Source: an uncultured Candidatus Binatia bacterium
GTDB taxonomy: Bacteria > Desulfobacterota > Binatia > Bin18
Direction of reading: 5' to 3'
Length of the DNA: 64,000 bases
Assembly: GCA_965200965.1 (NCBI GenBank)
Contig: OZ241744.1
Location: forward strand, 3,424,001 to 3,488,000
Part shown: positions 24,601 through 37,293 of the stretch, one piece after another
Layout: each line of letters opens with the position of its first letter
Numbering within the stretch: position 1 is the first letter of the stretch
Notes under the pieces: model-generated
Database searches by the model: none
Seen by the model: only the letters and a program-made list of their open reading frames with translations
What the model was told of the DNA's origin: nothing
Made by a program: the position numbers and the translations under genes

Positions 24601-26374
24601 GTTGGAGCGTCATTCGATTGAGTACGGGGCGAAGCTCAAGAAAAAGGACGGGTCCACAGTCGAACCGAAGGAACTGATTGCGGAGTGGAACCCCTACATG
24701 GTTCCTATCCTGACCGAGGTCGCCGGCACGATCAAATTCGTTGACATCAGTGAAGGCATTAATATGGAGGAGAAGGTTGATGAGGCTGGTTTATCGACCC
24801 GGGTCATCATCCCAATTCAGACTGATTCGTTGGCTGAGAAGATACACTCTTGTACCGAGGAGATAACCAAACTGGAGGAGGAGCAACATCCAGAGGAGAT
24901 TCGTAAGAAGTACACAGGGAGGATAAGAAGTCAGAAAACCAAGAGGGCTGCTCTGCAGGACGAGTTGAAGCAGATGCAAAAACCCAAGCCTCCTGATGTT
25001 GAGTGGTTTTTCGGGCTTCAGATACACTCTTGTACCGAGGAGATAACCAAACTGGAGGAGGAGCAACATCCAGAGGAGATTCGTAAGGCGTACACACGGA
25101 GGATAGAAAGCAAGAGGGCTACTCTGAAGGGCGAGTTGGAGCGGATTCGTAAGGCGTACACACGGAGGATAGAAAGCAAGAGAGCTACTCTGCGCGAACG
25201 GGAGGACGAGTTGGAGCAGATGCAAAAACTCAAGCCTCCTGATATTGAGTGGTTTTTCGGGCTTCAAATGCTTGAGGAGATACGCTCTTGTACCGAGGAG
25301 ATAACCAAACTGGAGGAGGAGCAACAGGAGGAGATTCGTAAGGCGTACACACGGAGGATAGAAAGCAAGAGAGCTACTCTGCGCGAACGGGAGGACGAGT
25401 TGGAGCAGATGCAAAAACTCAAGCCTCGCATCTTGATCAAGGACGATAAGGGGAAAACAGCCAAGCTGCCCAGCGGTCCTGATGCGGTCTATACGCTTTC
25501 TGCTGGTACCCGTGTTGACGTGGTTGAGGGCCAGCAGGTTGAAGCGGGTGACGTGCTGGCCAGGATTCCTCGAACCACTTCACGCAAGACGAAAGATATT
25601 ACGGGCGGTCTGCCTCGAGTGGCAGATCTGTTTGAAGCCCGAAAACCCAAGGAATTTGCCGTCATCAGCGAAATTGATGGCATGGTGTCTTTTGGCAAGG
25701 ATACCAAAGGCAAGCAGAAGGTTGTCATCACGCCGGATGTGGGAGATCCGCGTGACTATCTTATCCCGCGTGGAAAACATATCAGTGTCCGCGAGGGTGA
25801 TTATGTCCGGGCCGGCGACCCCCTGATGGACGGCTCGCCCAATCCGCACGACATCCTTGGCGTGCTCGGAGAAAAGGAACTCGCCAAGCGGTTGGTTGAT
25901 GACGTGCAGGAGATTTATCGCTTGCAGGGTGTCCATATGCACGACAAGCATATTGAGGTCATCATTCGCCAGATGATGCGCCGGGTGGCTGTCACCCAGG
26001 TCGGCGATTCTGATTTTCTGCTTGGCGAGCAGGTCGAAAAATGGCGATTCCAGGAGGAGGTCGAAAAGGTCCTGGCCGAGCAAGGTCAACCGCCCGAGGC
26101 GAAATCACTCCTCATGGGTATCACCAAGGCCAGTCTATCGACCGACAGCTTTATTTCCGCGGCTTCATTCCAGGAAACGACCAAGGTGCTGACCGAAGCC
26201 GCCATCAATGGGAAGGTCGATATGTTGTCGGGGCTCAAAGAAAACGTCATTATGGGCCGACTGATCCCAGCCGGGACCGGCAACCCCAGTTATACTGCAA
26301 TTGAGGCCGAGACTGTCGAAGCGCCGGGTGATGAAGAACAGGGTCAACTGCCGCCGATAGTTGAGGCGTCGTAA
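21689..26374 (+). CDS. rpoC: RNA polymerase beta' subunit with ~200-aa repeat insertion in SI3
   Basis: [25 protein letters not shown]; 1561 aa from ATG 21689. Confidence 0.99.
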   Translation: MEDLLGLFEKPQNPVRFNAIRVALAPPDMVRSWSHGEVKKPETINYRTFKPERDGLFCAKIFGPTKDYECNCGKYKRMRHRGVVCEKCGVEVIQSKVRRERMGHIPLASPVTHIWFLKSLPSRIGTLLDMTLKDLERVLYFESYIVTDPLQTPLSKKQVLSETRYRTLLEEFGSGSFQAGMGAEAIRLLLQELNLEKLAEELRAELMETGSEARRKKITKRLKVINAFRHSGNLPEWMILEVVPVIPPDLRPLVPLDGGRFATSDLNDLYRRVINRNNRLKRLIELSAPDIIVRNEKRMLQEAVDALFDNGRRGKPLTGPSKRPLKSLSDMLKGKGGRFRQNLLGKRVDYSGRSVIVIGPELRLHQCGLPKHMALELFKPFIYNKLEERGYTTTIKSAKKMLEQERPEVWDILDEVIKEHPVLLNRAPTLHRLGIQAFEPVLIEGKAIQLHPLVCTAYNADFDGDQMAVHVPLSVEAQVEARTLMMSTNNILSPTHGRAVIAPTQDIVMGLYTMTRERPGAKGEGKIFSGPDEVRIAYDQGQVALQAQIRVRMDGQLVETTVGRIVLYDIVPPEIPFSEVNRTMKKKELGSLLDSAFRKADNKATVIFADRLKDMGFEYATKAGISFDIRDMVIPKKKEELLNTAQADIQEIQEQYYKGLITDGERHNKVVDTWVTVTDEVADKMRIGFREDRQGFNPVFMMADSGARGSTQQMRQLAGMRGLMAKPSGEIIETPITANFTEGLSVLQYFISTHGARKGLADTALKTANSGYLTRRLVDVAQDCIISEHDCGTIDGIEMGPLVEGGEIIEGLGERVLGRVALDDIRDSFSNEVFVPANEEIDEERVQRIEDTGIEKLSIRSALTCQSRRGVCIKCYGRDLARGRMVNIGEAVGIMAAQSIGEPGTQLTMRTFHIGGAASDEAKIADRSTRNGGTLRYIALKTVSNREGDQVVTNRNGKVAIVDSSSGQDRELERHSIEYGAKLKKKDGSTVEPKELIAEWNPYMVPILTEVAGTIKFVDISEGINMEEKVDEAGLSTRVIIPIQTDSLAEKIHSCTEEITKLEEEQHPEEIRKKYTGRIRSQKTKRAALQDELKQMQKPKPPDVEWFFGLQIHSCTEEITKLEEEQHPEEIRKAYTRRIESKRATLKGELERIRKAYTRRIESKRATLREREDELEQMQKLKPPDIEWFFGLQMLEEIRSCTEEITKLEEEQQEEIRKAYTRRIESKRATLREREDELEQMQKLKPRILIKDDKGKTAKLPSGPDAVYTLSAGTRVDVVEGQQVEAGDVLARIPRTTSRKTKDITGGLPRVADLFEARKPKEFAVISEIDGMVSFGKDTKGKQKVVITPDVGDPRDYLIPRGKHISVREGDYVRAGDPLMDGSPNPHDILGVLGEKELAKRLVDDVQEIYRLQGVHMHDKHIEVIIRQMMRRVAVTQVGDSDFLLGEQVEKWRFQEEVEKVLAEQGQPPEAKSLLMGITKASLSTDSFISAASFQETTKVLTEAAINGKVDMLSGLKENVIMGRLIPAGTGNPSYTAIEAETVEAPGDEEQGQLPPIVEAS
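24840..25427 (+). repeat. in-frame mosaic tandem repeat inside rpoC
   Basis: AGATAC(A/G)CTCTTGTACCGAGGAGATAACCAAACTGGAGGAGGAGCAAC at 24840, 25020 and 25278; ATTCGTAAGGCGTACACACGGAGGATAGAAAGCAAGAG x3 plus one variant. Confidence 0.95.
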
Positions 26375-26385
26375 GTGGAGAAGAC

Positions 26386-26757
26386 ATGCCGACAATTCAG
26401 CAACTCGTCCGAAAAGGCCGGGAGCAGCAGCGCGAGAAGTTGACTGCGCCGGCCCTGCAAGCCTGTCCGCAACGCCGTGGGGTGTGTACGCGGGTATACA
26501 CCACAACGCCCAAGAAGCCCAACTCGGCTCTGAGAAAAGTGGCCCGGGTGCGGCTCACGAATGGGATTGAAGTCACGGCCTATATCCCAGGTATCGGACA
26601 TAACCTCCAGGAACACTCCGTCGTCCTCATTCGCGGCGGACGGGTGAAGGACTTACCCGGGGTGCGTTACCATATCGTGCGCGGTACCCTCGATTCGATT
26701 GGAGTCCAGGAACGCAAACAGAGCCGCTCGAAATACGGAGCAAAGCGACCCAAATAG
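26386..26757 (+). CDS. rpsL: 30S ribosomal protein S12
   Basis: [22 protein letters not shown]. Confidence 0.99.
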   Translation: MPTIQQLVRKGREQQREKLTAPALQACPQRRGVCTRVYTTTPKKPNSALRKVARVRLTNGIEVTAYIPGIGHNLQEHSVVLIRGGRVKDLPGVRYHIVRGTLDSIGVQERKQSRSKYGAKRPK

Positions 26758-26776
26758 GCCGCAAGAAGAGGGACCA

Positions 26777-27247
26777 ATGCCACGCAAAGGACCAGCCCCA
26801 AGGCGAGAAGTGCTTCCCGACCCCAAATATCACGATACGGCGGTGTCAAAATTCGTGAATATGATGATGCAGAACGGCGCAAAAGGGGTGGCTGAAAAAA
26901 TTCTGTACAGCGCAATGGAACTAAGCGGAACGCGGAGTGGTGAAGACGCACTCGAAATCTTCAAACGGGCTTTAGAAAACGTGAAGCCCATTGTGGAGGT
27001 TCGCTCGCGTCGAGTAGGCGGCGCAACCTACCAAGTGCCTGTTGAGGTCCGTCAAGTGCGGCGCAACTCTCTGGCCATGCGCTGGCTCGTCCAGTCCGCG
27101 CGCAGCAGACCCGAGAAAGGGATGAAAGAGAAGCTCGCCGCAGAGTTGTATGAAGCCTCACAGAACAGGGGTGGGGCGGTGAAAAGGCGAGAAGATACGC
27201 ATCGGATGGCAGAGGCAAATAGGGCGTTTGTCCACTATCGGTGGTAA
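26777..27247 (+). CDS. rpsG: 30S ribosomal protein S7
   Basis: [26 protein letters not shown]. Confidence 0.99.
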   Translation: MPRKGPAPRREVLPDPKYHDTAVSKFVNMMMQNGAKGVAEKILYSAMELSGTRSGEDALEIFKRALENVKPIVEVRSRRVGGATYQVPVEVRQVRRNSLAMRWLVQSARSRPEKGMKEKLAAELYEASQNRGGAVKRREDTHRMAEANRAFVHYRW

Positions 27248-27295
27248 AGATGGGCACGGGCGGGCTCTTTCCAGTCGGTATGGGGTACAGGCTAG

Positions 27296-27323
27296 TTGAC
27301 TCTTGTGAAATAGTCCGTACAAT
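27296..27323 (+). promoter_or_regulatory. sigma70 promoter for tuf2 and the S10 operon
   Basis: TTGACT-16 nt-TACAAT in the rpsG-tuf spacer. Confidence 0.65.
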
Positions 27324-27418
27324 TGCCATCCCTTGAGCGGAGCGTTGGGAAGAGAGCAGGGGACAGGAAACGGCCGCTGAGCGAAGAGAATCCGACCTCT
27401 GTCACAGGGATTCCTCCC

Positions 27419-28652
<1,234 letters not shown>

Positions 28653-28707
28653 CAGGAGCCTGCACTCGGCTGAGATCTTTCTTGCTAGAAACAATGGGGC
28701 CGTTTGC

Positions 28708-29025
28708 ATGAACATCATGAACGAAAAGATCCGGATCCGCTTAAAAGCGTACGATCACCGTGTCTTGGACCAGTCTGTCAAAGAGATTGTCGAGACGGTG
28801 AAGCGGACCGGGGGGAGGGTAGCCGGCCCCATTCCTCTACCGACACATACAGAGCGCTTCACAGTAAACCGCTCTCCGCATGTGGATAAAAAGTCGCGTG
28901 AACAATTTGAAATCCGGACCCATAAACGCCTCTTGGATATCCTTGATCCTACCCAGCAGACGATTGATGCGCTGGGAAAACTTGAACTAGCCGCCGGCGT
29001 TGATGTGGAAATCAAGCTTGAGTAA
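28708..29025 (+). CDS. rpsJ: 30S ribosomal protein S10
   Basis: [29 protein letters not shown]; alternative start 28717. Confidence 0.98.
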   Translation: MNIMNEKIRIRLKAYDHRVLDQSVKEIVETVKRTGGRVAGPIPLPTHTERFTVNRSPHVDKKSREQFEIRTHKRLLDILDPTQQTIDALGKLELAAGVDVEIKLE

Positions 29026-29034
29026 GGAAGTGCT

Positions 29035-29667
29035 ATGAATGGCCTCATCGGCCGCAAACTGGGCATGAGTCAGGTTTTTATAGAACAGGGGACGCTGGTT
29101 CCGGTGACTGTTATCCAGACGGGACCCTGCACGGTCGTCCAAAAGAAAACCGACCAAAAAGACGGCTACACCGCGCTCCAGCTCGGCTTTGGCAGCCGCA
29201 AACCTCAGCGGGTGAGCAAACCCGTCCTGGGTCACTGCCGCGCCTCCGGGACGGGCCCGTTTGAGGTGTTACGCGAGTTTCGGACTGCTGACGTTGACCA
29301 GTACGAAGTCGGACACCAGATAACCGCTGAGCAAATTTTTCAGCCTGGGGAACGGATCGTCGTTGTTGGCAAGACAAAGGGGCGAGGTTATACCGGTGTC
29401 ATAAAACGCCACGGCATGGGTGGCGCTCCCGCCAGCCATGGCACCCATGAATACTTTCGGCACGGCGGTTCCATTGGGAACTGTGCATATCCGGGCAAAA
29501 TTTTTAAGGGCAAGGCCATGGCCGGCCAGTATGGCGACAGTTGTACGACGATCCAGAATCTCCGTATTGTTGACATTCGCCCCCAAGAGCATCTGGTCCT
29601 CGTCCACGGGGCCATACCGGGCGCGCGCGGTGGCATAGTCACGCTCAGCAAAACACACAAGGGATAA
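29035..29667 (+). CDS. rplC: 50S ribosomal protein L3
   Basis: [23 protein letters not shown]. Confidence 0.98.
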   Translation: MNGLIGRKLGMSQVFIEQGTLVPVTVIQTGPCTVVQKKTDQKDGYTALQLGFGSRKPQRVSKPVLGHCRASGTGPFEVLREFRTADVDQYEVGHQITAEQIFQPGERIVVVGKTKGRGYTGVIKRHGMGGAPASHGTHEYFRHGGSIGNCAYPGKIFKGKAMAGQYGDSCTTIQNLRIVDIRPQEHLVLVHGAIPGARGGIVTLSKTHKG

Positions 29668-29672
29668 GAGCG

Positions 29673-30314
29673 GTGGACGCGCAAGCAGTACGGATTCCGG
29701 TGCTCTCTCCTGAGCGCGAGGCGGTCGGTGAAATCGAACTCCCCTCCGTTGTTGTGTCGCAACCCCCGCGCGAGCATCTCCTGTATGAAGTGGTCAAGAT
29801 GCAGCGTGCCAATAGGCGGGCTGGAACAGCCTCTACAAAGACGCGCGGACAAGTCCGCGGCGGAGGGAAAAAGCCGTGGCGCCAGAAAGGGACTGGTCGG
29901 GCGAGATCTGGCAGCCGCCGCTCCCCGTTGTGGGTCGGGGGAGCAACCGTCTTTGGCCCGCAGCCACGCTCGTACGCCTACCGCCTGCCCCGGAGTGCGC
30001 GTCGCACCGCCCTGTGTGCCGCCCTGGCCCACAAACAGCGCGATGGCAACCTGACTGTTGTCAACCAGATCGCCCTGCCCGAACCGAAAACCAGATACAT
30101 GGTGGAGTTTTTATCCGGCCTGGAACTCAAAGGCGGCGTCCTGGTCGTGATTGTCGATGCGGATCAGACGCTCGAACGGGCGGCCCGGAATCTGCCCCAC
30201 GTCAAAGTCTTACGCTGTATTGGTCTCAATGTGTACGACCTCTTGCGCTATCAGCACTGTCTGTTCACCCAAGCGGCACTTGAGCAGATCAGCCAAAGGC
30301 TGACAACACCATGA
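29673..30314 (+). CDS. rplD: 50S ribosomal protein L4
   Basis: KPWRQKGTGRAR, FGPQPR. Confidence 0.98.
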   Translation: MDAQAVRIPVLSPEREAVGEIELPSVVVSQPPREHLLYEVVKMQRANRRAGTASTKTRGQVRGGGKKPWRQKGTGRARSGSRRSPLWVGGATVFGPQPRSYAYRLPRSARRTALCAALAHKQRDGNLTVVNQIALPEPKTRYMVEFLSGLELKGGVLVVIVDADQTLERAARNLPHVKVLRCIGLNVYDLLRYQHCLFTQAALEQISQRLTTP

Positions 30315-30604
30315 GTCGGAATCTCTACACCGTTCTCGCCTCCCCGCTGATTACCGAAAAGGCGACCCTGGTCAATGCACTCGGCAACCAGGCAGTCTTT
30401 AAGGTGGACCCTCGGGCTAACAAAATCGCGATCAAGAACGCCGTTGAGCAGCTCTTTCAGGTCAAAGTGATCCAAGTGCGAACCATCCAGTATATGGGCA
30501 AAAAGCGACGAGTTGGACGCTCGGTCGGACGCAAACCGGCCTGGAAAAAGGCGTATGTGACCCTGGCCGCCGGGGACACGATTGATTTCTTTGAAGGAGC
30601 CTAG
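30311..30604 (+). CDS. rplW: 50S ribosomal protein L23
   Basis: [15 protein letters not shown]. Confidence 0.98.
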   Translation: MSRNLYTVLASPLITEKATLVNALGNQAVFKVDPRANKIAIKNAVEQLFQVKVIQVRTIQYMGKKRRVGRSVGRKPAWKKAYVTLAAGDTIDFFEGA

Positions 30605-30607
30605 CCG

Positions 30608-31429
30608 ATGGCGATCCGTGTTTACAAACCGACCTCACCCGGCCGTCGCTCGCAGAGCGTATCGAGTTCCCGAGAATTGGGCAAAAATTCGCCCGAACGT
30701 TCTCTGCTCGCTCCGCTCCATAAGCGCGGTGGCCGCAACAACCGCGGTCGTCTCACCAATCTGCACCGGGGCGGCGGCCATAAACGGCGCTATCGGATTA
30801 TCGACTTCCACCGCGCAAAAGATGGCATCCCGGCCACAGTCGCCTCCATTGAATATGATCCCAACCGTTCTGCCCATATCGCTCTGCTCCACTACCGGGA
30901 CGGCGAGAAACGCTACATTCTCGCTCCAGTTGGACTCACTGTTGGTAGCCAAGTGATATCCGGAGAGGGGGCCGATATCCAGCCTGGCAATACCCTGTCG
31001 CTGCGCAATATCCCGCTTGGAACCCTCGTCCATAACATTGAGATGAAGATCGGGGCCGGCGGACAGCTGGCACGCGGGGCGGGCACCTCGGCCCAGTTGA
31101 TGGCCAAAGAGGGTGACTATACGACGCTCAAAATGCCGTCTGGAGAGATGCGGCTGATCCATCAGCGGTGTCGGGCGACCATAGGTCAGATCGGCAATAC
31201 CGACCACGAAAATGTGAGCTATGGAAAAGCCGGGCGTTCACGCTGGTTTGGTATCCGACCGCATGTGCGCGGTATTGCCATGAATCCTATTGATCACCCC
31301 CACGGTGGCGGTGAAGGACAGAGCAAAGGCAACCACCCCCAGAGCCCGTGGGGGGTGTTGGCCAAAGGTCATAAAACCCGCCAGAACCCGCGGACCGATA
31401 AGTACATCGTGCAGAAGAGAAAGAAATAG
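30608..31429 (+). CDS. rplB: 50S ribosomal protein L2
   Basis: [17 protein letters not shown]. Confidence 0.99.
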   Translation: MAIRVYKPTSPGRRSQSVSSSRELGKNSPERSLLAPLHKRGGRNNRGRLTNLHRGGGHKRRYRIIDFHRAKDGIPATVASIEYDPNRSAHIALLHYRDGEKRYILAPVGLTVGSQVISGEGADIQPGNTLSLRNIPLGTLVHNIEMKIGAGGQLARGAGTSAQLMAKEGDYTTLKMPSGEMRLIHQRCRATIGQIGNTDHENVSYGKAGRSRWFGIRPHVRGIAMNPIDHPHGGGEGQSKGNHPQSPWGVLAKGHKTRQNPRTDKYIVQKRKK

Positions 31430-31432
31430 CTT

Positions 31433-31714
31433 ATGCCACGCTCGGTGAAAAAAGGTCCCTTTGTGGATGACCACCTGATGAAAAAGGTGCAGGCCGTACT
31501 GGACAGCGGAGACCGGAAGGTTATTCGGACTTGGTCTCGGCGTTCAACCATCATTCCAGAGATGATCGGCTGTACCTTTGCCGTCCATAACGGTCGCCGG
31601 TTTATCCCGGTCTATGTCACTGAAAATATGGTCGGTCATAAGTTCGGTGAATTTTCTCCGACCCGCACATTTTATGGCCATGCTGGTGACCGAAAAGGCG
31701 AGAGAAGGCGATAG
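31433..31714 (+). CDS. rpsS: 30S ribosomal protein S19
   Basis: [16 protein letters not shown]. Confidence 0.99.
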   Translation: MPRSVKKGPFVDDHLMKKVQAVLDSGDRKVIRTWSRRSTIIPEMIGCTFAVHNGRRFIPVYVTENMVGHKFGEFSPTRTFYGHAGDRKGERRR

Positions 31715-31727
31715 CTAGGGACCCGCT

Positions 31728-32063
31728 ATGGAAACAAAAGCCATCGCCCGCCAAGTGCGGATGTCCGCCCGCAAAGCCCGCTTGGTTGCCGACCTGATCC
31801 GCGGCAAACGGGTTGAAGAAGCACTGCTCGTTTTGCGTTTCACCCCTAAGAAGGCGGCCAGCATTCTGGCCAAGACTCTCCGTTCCGCTATTGCCAACGC
31901 CACCGATACCCAAAACGTTGATCCTGACGACTTGTACGTCAAACGGGTCTACATAGACGGCGGCGCTACGCTGAAACGTTTTCGGCCACGGGCCCATGGG
32001 CGGGCCACACCGATTCGGAAACGCACCAGCCACTTCACGGTTGTTGTTGACGAAGGAAAATAA
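31728..32063 (+). CDS. rplV: 50S ribosomal protein L22
   Basis: [19 protein letters not shown]. Confidence 0.99.
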   Translation: METKAIARQVRMSARKARLVADLIRGKRVEEALLVLRFTPKKAASILAKTLRSAIANATDTQNVDPDDLYVKRVYIDGGATLKRFRPRAHGRATPIRKRTSHFTVVVDEGK

Positions 32064-32072
32064 GAGAAACGC

Positions 32073-32735
32073 ATGGGCCAGAAAGTTCACCCCAAAGGAT
32101 TTCGTCTTGGCGTGCTGGAGAGTTGGGAATCCCGCTGGTTTGCCGAGAAAGAATACGCCGACCTGTTGCACGAAGACCTCCGCCTCCGGTCCTTTATCAA
32201 GAAGCGTCTCTACCACGCAGGTCTGGCCAAGATTGAGATCGAACGGGCGGCCAATAAAGCCAAAATCAATATCTATACCTCGCGGCCGGGTATCGTGATC
32301 GGTAAAAAAGGGGCCGAGATTGATAAGCTCAAGTCGGAGTTGTCGGGTTTGACCGAGCGCGAGGTCTATCTCAATATCCACGAAGTGCGCCGGCCCGATC
32401 TCGACGGTCAGCTCGTAGCTGAAAACGTGGCACTCCAACTCGAGCGCCGGGTCGCGTTCCGTCGGGCGATGAAAGAGAGCGTTGCGCGGACGATCCGGAT
32501 GGGTGCCCAGGGAGTCAAGGTTCGGTGTTCGGGTCGGCTGGCCGGGGCGGAAATTGCTCGGACCGAATGGTACCGGGAGGGCCGCGTTCCCCTCCATACC
32601 CTGCGGGCCGATATCAGCTATGGCACGGCAGAAGCCAAGACGACATACGGGATTATTGGGGTCAAGGTGTGGATTTTTCGCGGAGAGGTCCTCACCCGTG
32701 AAGAGGAGCAGCAACGCAACGCGGTGGGTGCCTGA
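32073..32735 (+). CDS. rpsC: 30S ribosomal protein S3
   Basis: [23 protein letters not shown]. Confidence 0.99.
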   Translation: MGQKVHPKGFRLGVLESWESRWFAEKEYADLLHEDLRLRSFIKKRLYHAGLAKIEIERAANKAKINIYTSRPGIVIGKKGAEIDKLKSELSGLTEREVYLNIHEVRRPDLDGQLVAENVALQLERRVAFRRAMKESVARTIRMGAQGVKVRCSGRLAGAEIARTEWYREGRVPLHTLRADISYGTAEAKTTYGIIGVKVWIFRGEVLTREEEQQRNAVGA

Positions 32736-32768
32736 AGCGATTCGGCCGAGGAAGAAGAGATTTGCTCA

Positions 32769-33197
32769 ATGCTTGCTCCCAAAAAAGTCCGATATCGGAA
32801 ACACCACCGGGGAAAGATGCGCGGTACCGCAGGGCGCGGCAACTCCCTGGCTTTCGGAGAATACGGCTTACAATCAACCGAACTGGGCTGGATCACCGCC
32901 CGCGAAATTGAGGCGGCCCGGATTGCGCTTACCCGCCATGCCCGACGTGGCGGGCAAATCTGGATCAGGGTCTTTCCCCACAAACCAGTAAGCAAAAAGC
33001 CCGCCGAAACCCGGATGGGAAAAGGCAAGGGCGGCCCGGAGTTCTGGGTTGCGGTGGTCAAGCCCGGCCATATGATATTTGAGATGGAAGGGGTGCCTGA
33101 AGAGCTTGCCCGCGAAGCCCTGCGGCTCGCCTCGCACAAGCTGTCGGTCGGCACCCAAATTCGAGACCGGAGTGAGACCCCCTATGCGAGCCAGTGA
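32769..33197 (+). CDS. rplP: 50S ribosomal protein L16
   Basis: [16 protein letters not shown]. Confidence 0.99.
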   Translation: MLAPKKVRYRKHHRGKMRGTAGRGNSLAFGEYGLQSTELGWITAREIEAARIALTRHARRGGQIWIRVFPHKPVSKKPAETRMGKGKGGPEFWVAVVKPGHMIFEMEGVPEELAREALRLASHKLSVGTQIRDRSETPYASQ

Positions 33198-33396
33198 GAT
33201 ACGGGACTTCACAGAAGACGAGGCCCGCCAAAAAGAGCGCGAGCTGTCCGAAGAACTTTTCCGGCTCCGTATGCGAAAAGGGACCGGCCAGGTTGATAAC
33301 CCTATGCAGATACGCAAATTCCGCCGCGACTTGGCCCGGCTGAAAACCATTCAACACGAACGCGCGCGCGCTCAGGCCGGGCCGGCGGAAGAGTAG
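33184..33396 (+). CDS. rpmC: 50S ribosomal protein L29
   Basis: [22 protein letters not shown]. Confidence 0.95.
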   Translation: MRASEIRDFTEDEARQKERELSEELFRLRMRKGTGQVDNPMQIRKFRRDLARLKTIQHERARAQAGPAEE

Positions 33397-33403
33397 GCAA
33401 ACC

Positions 33404-33661
33404 GTGGCTGGACATAGAAAAACACGCCAAGGAACCGTCGTCAGCGATAAGATGGACAAGACCGTCGTCGTGCGGGTAGAGCGCTTGGTGCAACACCCCA
33501 TGTACCGCAAATACGTCCGTCAGCGAAAAAAATATAAAGTGCATGACCCTGAGAACCGTTGTCGCTTTGGAGATCAGGTTTCCATTATTGAAACACGGCC
33601 GCTGAGCAGAGAGAAAAACTGGCGGGTTCAGACAATTCTCAGACCGGCAAAGGTGGATTGA
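33404..33661 (+). CDS. rpsQ: 30S ribosomal protein S17
   Basis: [15 protein letters not shown]. Confidence 0.98.
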   Translation: MAGHRKTRQGTVVSDKMDKTVVVRVERLVQHPMYRKYVRQRKKYKVHDPENRCRFGDQVSIIETRPLSREKNWRVQTILRPAKVD

Positions 33662-33679
33662 GGGATAAAGGAGTCCGGG

Positions 33680-34048
33680 ATGGTCCAGGTTGAAACCGTG
33701 CTTGATGTCGCCGATAACTCCGGCGCTCGTGCGGTCCGCTGTATCCGTGTCCTGGGCGGAACGCGGCGGCGCTACGCCTCTGTTGGTGATGAGATCATCG
33801 TTTCGGTGCGCGAGGCACAGCCCAACACCAAGGTCAAAAAGGGCGATATCATGCGCGCCGTCATTGTCAGGACAGCTAAGGAAATTGGGCGGCCAGACGG
33901 ATCGTATATCCGCTTTGATACAAACTCGGCGGTGTTGCTTGACAACCAACGTGAGCCGATTGGGACGCGTATTTTTGGGCCGGTCGCTCGGGAACTGCGC
34001 GCCAAGCGTTTTATGAAAATCATTTCGCTGGCCCCCGAGGTGCTCTAA
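33680..34048 (+). CDS. rplN: 50S ribosomal protein L14
   Basis: [26 protein letters not shown]. Confidence 0.99.
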   Translation: MVQVETVLDVADNSGARAVRCIRVLGGTRRRYASVGDEIIVSVREAQPNTKVKKGDIMRAVIVRTAKEIGRPDGSYIRFDTNSAVLLDNQREPIGTRIFGPVARELRAKRFMKIISLAPEVL

Positions 34049-34069
34049 GACGCACCCGAGAAGACACAC

Positions 34070-34609
34070 ATGGCACGCCTCAAAGACCTCTATCGCAACC
34101 AAGTGTTGTCTGCCCTCAAGCAAGAGTTGGGCTATCGCAATATCATGCAAGTCCCGCAGTTGAAAAAGATCGCCCTCAATATGGGTTTGGGAGACGCCGT
34201 CCAGAACGCCAAGCTGATCGAAAGCGGGGTGGCCGAGTTGAGCCTGATTGCCGGCCAGAAGCCGGTGGTGACAAAGGCCCATAAATCTATCGCCAATTTT
34301 AAACTGCGCGAGGGTACGCCTATTGGCTGTGCGGTGACCTTGCGTGGCGAGATGATGTACGAATTTTTTGACCGCCTCGTCAATGTCGCCCTGCCCCGGG
34401 TACGGGACTTTCGTGGCGTTTCTGACCGCGCTTTTGATGGGCGCGGCAACTACTCGCTGGGGATCCGGGAGCATACTATTTTTCCTGAGATTAATCTGGA
34501 TAAGGTTGAACAGGTCAAAGGCTTGACCGTCACCATGGTTACCTCGGCCCAGACCGACGCAGAGGGGCGTGCCCTGTTGCGGACCATGGGGATGCCCTTT
34601 CGGAGTTAA
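34070..34609 (+). CDS. rplE: 50S ribosomal protein L5
   Basis: [22 protein letters not shown]. Confidence 0.99.
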   Translation: MARLKDLYRNQVLSALKQELGYRNIMQVPQLKKIALNMGLGDAVQNAKLIESGVAELSLIAGQKPVVTKAHKSIANFKLREGTPIGCAVTLRGEMMYEFFDRLVNVALPRVRDFRGVSDRAFDGRGNYSLGIREHTIFPEINLDKVEQVKGLTVTMVTSAQTDAEGRALLRTMGMPFRS

Positions 34610-34610
34610 T

Positions 34611-34796
34611 ATGGCGCGTACATGTCTGCGGATAAAAGCTGAACGCAAACCACGATTCAAGGTCCGCCAGTACAACCGCTGTCCCTTATGTGGACGCTCG
34701 CGCGGTTTTTATCGGCGCTTTCAGATGTGCCGCCTATGTCTGCGGGATCTGGCGCTGATAGGACAGATCCCTGGACTGACCAAGGCCAGTTGGTAG
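34611..34796 (+). CDS. rpsZ: 30S ribosomal protein S14, zinc-binding type Z
   Basis: 61 aa, RCPLCGR...[13 protein letters not shown]. Confidence 0.97.
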   Translation: MARTCLRIKAERKPRFKVRQYNRCPLCGRSRGFYRRFQMCRLCLRDLALIGQIPGLTKASW

Positions 34797-34804
34797 AGGA
34801 AGGT

Positions 34805-35200
34805 ATGATCGCAGACCCGATTGCAGACATGTTGACCTGTATGCGGAACGCGCTGCATGCACGCAAAGAGCGTGTGGATTTTCCTTGGTCGCACATCAAG
34901 GAGGCGATCGCGGCGGTGATGAAGCAGGAAGGCTATATTACCGACATGAGCACTGTCCAAGACGGTCCCCGCCGGATATTGCGGGTTCAGCTCAAATACG
35001 ACGCGGGCAGTCGTCCGGCCTTGCTCGGACTGCAGCGCGTGAGTAAACCGAGCCTGCGCAAATACGTTGGAGCGGGCGAGATTGCTCTGGTGCGCAACGG
35101 CCTTGGGGTCAGTATTCTCTCGACCTCACATGGCGTACTTGTCGATCGTGAGGCGCGCAAACGGCACCTTGGCGGGGAGATCTTGTGCAGTCTGTGGTAA
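34805..35200 (+). CDS. rpsH: 30S ribosomal protein S8
   Basis: DPIADMLT, RVSKPSLR.Y, GGEILC. Confidence 0.98.
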   Translation: MIADPIADMLTCMRNALHARKERVDFPWSHIKEAIAAVMKQEGYITDMSTVQDGPRRILRVQLKYDAGSRPALLGLQRVSKPSLRKYVGAGEIALVRNGLGVSILSTSHGVLVDREARKRHLGGEILCSLW

Positions 35201-35219
35201 AGCGGAAGAGAGGAGCGTC

Positions 35220-35768
35220 ATGCCGGGTATTGGACGTTGGCCCGTGCCTGTTCCGGACTCAGTAAGAGTGTATGAACACGCTGGAACTGTGACTGCCGAA
35301 GGCCCAAAAGGTAAACTGGACTTCAGCGTTGACCCCTGCCTGTCTGTCCAGATCACGCCGGGACAGGTGACGATAAGGCGTCAGGACGACTCCCGCAAAG
35401 CCAAAGCCCTGCATGGTCTGACGCGGAAGTTGATTGCTAATATGGTCCAGGGCGTGAGCAGCGGGTTTTCGCGTATGCTCGAGGTCAACGGCGTAGGGTA
35501 TCGGGCCGAGAGCACGGACGATAGCATCGCCTTCACCCTTGGCTATTCTCACCCCATTATCTTTCAGCTGCCCCCGGGTATTCGGGCCAAGATTGAGCGA
35601 CAGACCGAGATCACACTTGAAGGGATTGATAAACAACTGTTGGGCGAGGTCGCGGCCGCCATTCGCCGCCTCCGTCCGCCCGAACCGTATAAAGGCAAAG
35701 GCATCAAATACGCAGAAGAGCGAATTCGGAGAAAAGCCGGCAAAACTGCCGCCGGAGGAGCGCAATAG
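35220..35768 (+). CDS. rplF: 50S ribosomal protein L6
   Basis: GVGYRA, LGYSHP, PEPYKGKGIKY. Confidence 0.98.
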   Translation: MPGIGRWPVPVPDSVRVYEHAGTVTAEGPKGKLDFSVDPCLSVQITPGQVTIRRQDDSRKAKALHGLTRKLIANMVQGVSSGFSRMLEVNGVGYRAESTDDSIAFTLGYSHPIIFQLPPGIRAKIERQTEITLEGIDKQLLGEVAAAIRRLRPPEPYKGKGIKYAEERIRRKAGKTAAGGAQ

Positions 35769-35772
35769 GACG

Positions 35773-36138
35773 ATGGCGCGGACACATATCCGGGAACACG
35801 GCAGACTGATCCGGAAAAAGCGGGTTCGTCGAGGCGTGCGAGGAACAGACAAGCGTCCTCGTTTGAGCGTCTACCGGAGCAGCAAACACCTGTATGTCCA
35901 GGTGATTTCCGACCAGAGTGGGCACACCCTGCTAGCCGCCTCAACCCTGTCGAAGGAGTTTGACCAAACCAGGAAAGCCGCCGACATTGATGCGGCCAAG
36001 GAAGTTGGGATGCTGATTGCCCGCAAGTGCCACGAACGGGGTATTGAACGCGTTGTTTTTGACCGCAACGGCTTTCGGTACCACGGACGAATTCGGGCGG
36101 TTGCCGAAGCCGCCCGCGAGGCTGGATTGCAATTCTAA
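35773..36138 (+). CDS. rplR: 50S ribosomal protein L18
   Basis: [20 protein letters not shown]. Confidence 0.98.
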   Translation: MARTHIREHGRLIRKKRVRRGVRGTDKRPRLSVYRSSKHLYVQVISDQSGHTLLAASTLSKEFDQTRKAADIDAAKEVGMLIARKCHERGIERVVFDRNGFRYHGRIRAVAEAAREAGLQF

Positions 36139-36148
36139 GGAGCAGAGT

Positions 36149-36670
36149 GTGACTCCCGCTGATGAACGAATCAATGCCGATAAACTCGATATTAAAGAGC
36201 GTGTTGTCCATATCAACCGGGTCAGCAAGGTGGTCAAAGGAGGGCGGCGCTTCAGCTTCAGCGCGGTTGTCGTGGCTGGGGACGGAGAGGGTCATGTCGG
36301 CTATGGACTCGGAAAGGCGCATGAAGTTCCGGAAGCCATTCGCAAAGGGGTGGAAAAGGCAAAAAAAGCGTTGATTCATGTGCCGCTCATTGAGGGAACG
36401 CTGCCCTGCGAGGTGATTGGCCGACACGGAGCCGGACGGGTCCTGTTGAAACCGGCTTCACCGGGGACCGGCCTGATCGCCGGCGGTGGAGTCCGAGCTG
36501 TCATGGAACTGGCCGGGGTGCGCAACGCGCTCACAAAATGCCTGGGCTCCACTAACTCTCACAACTCGGTCCGGGCTACCCTGGAAGCGTTGCGTAGTCT
36601 GGCCCTGCCCGAACAGGTTGCCGAACGTCTGGGAAAGAGCGTTAGGGAATTACAGGGCGAAGTGTTATGA
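36149..36670 (+). CDS. rpsE: 30S ribosomal protein S5
   Basis: [14 protein letters not shown]; GTG start with SD AAGGAG. Confidence 0.98.
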   Translation: MTPADERINADKLDIKERVVHINRVSKVVKGGRRFSFSAVVVAGDGEGHVGYGLGKAHEVPEAIRKGVEKAKKALIHVPLIEGTLPCEVIGRHGAGRVLLKPASPGTGLIAGGGVRAVMELAGVRNALTKCLGSTNSHNSVRATLEALRSLALPEQVAERLGKSVRELQGEVL

Positions 36671-36864
36671 GTGAAACACCGGCCGTGCTGGAAATTACGC
36701 TCAAGCGGAGCGGGATCGGTCGCACCCGTCGCCAACGTGAGACGCTGCGTGGTCTTGGCCTGACTCGCCGAGAAAAGACCGTAGTACGCAACAATTCACC
36801 CTCACTGCAGGGCATGATTCGAAAGGTCCATCATCTTATTGAGGTACGGGCGCATGGATCTTAG
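36667..36864 (+). CDS. rpmD: 50S ribosomal protein L30
   Basis: [26 protein letters not shown]. Confidence 0.96.
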   Translation: MSETPAVLEITLKRSGIGRTRRQRETLRGLGLTRREKTVVRNNSPSLQGMIRKVHHLIEVRAHGS

Positions 36865-37291
36865 TCATCTCAAACCGGCCGCCGGGTCAACAAAAAACCG
36901 CAAACGGATCGGCCGTGGGCCCGGCTCGGGTCAGGGCAAGACCGCTGGGCGGGGCCATAAGGGCGAGGGCTCGCGCTCCGGGGCCACGCTGTCGCCCGGC
37001 TATGAGGGCGGTCAAATGCCGCTTGCTCGACGCCTGCCCAAGCGTGGGTTTCATAACCCGTTTCGGACCGAGTATCAGGTCGTCAACCTGCGGAGTCTCG
37101 AACGTTTTGAGGCGGGAACGCGCGTTGACGCCGAGGTGCTGCGCCGGTCGGGCTTGGTTCGGGGCAAGAAAAAGATCAAAATCTTGGCAAACGGCGAGCT
37201 CGCCAAAGCGTTGACCGTTAGAGCCGACGCCTTTAGCCGACAGGCGCGGGAGAAAATCACCGCTGCCGGAGGAGTGGCTGAGGTCGGATAA
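36854..37291 (+). CDS. rplO: 50S ribosomal protein L15
   Basis: [33 protein letters not shown]. Confidence 0.98.
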   Translation: MDLSHLKPAAGSTKNRKRIGRGPGSGQGKTAGRGHKGEGSRSGATLSPGYEGGQMPLARRLPKRGFHNPFRTEYQVVNLRSLERFEAGTRVDAEVLRRSGLVRGKKKIKILANGELAKALTVRADAFSRQAREKITAAGGVAEVG

Positions 37292-37293
37292 TC

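Noticed and set aside
24791-25414. 207-aa antisense ORF over the rpoC repeat
   Set aside because: Leu-rich shadow of the purine-rich sense repeat; no independent support
24815-25427. rpoC insertion as an intein or CRISPR array
   Set aside because: No N-terminal C/S with C-terminal HN splice motifs and no LAGLIDADG blocks; units are in-frame and mosaic with no unique spacers
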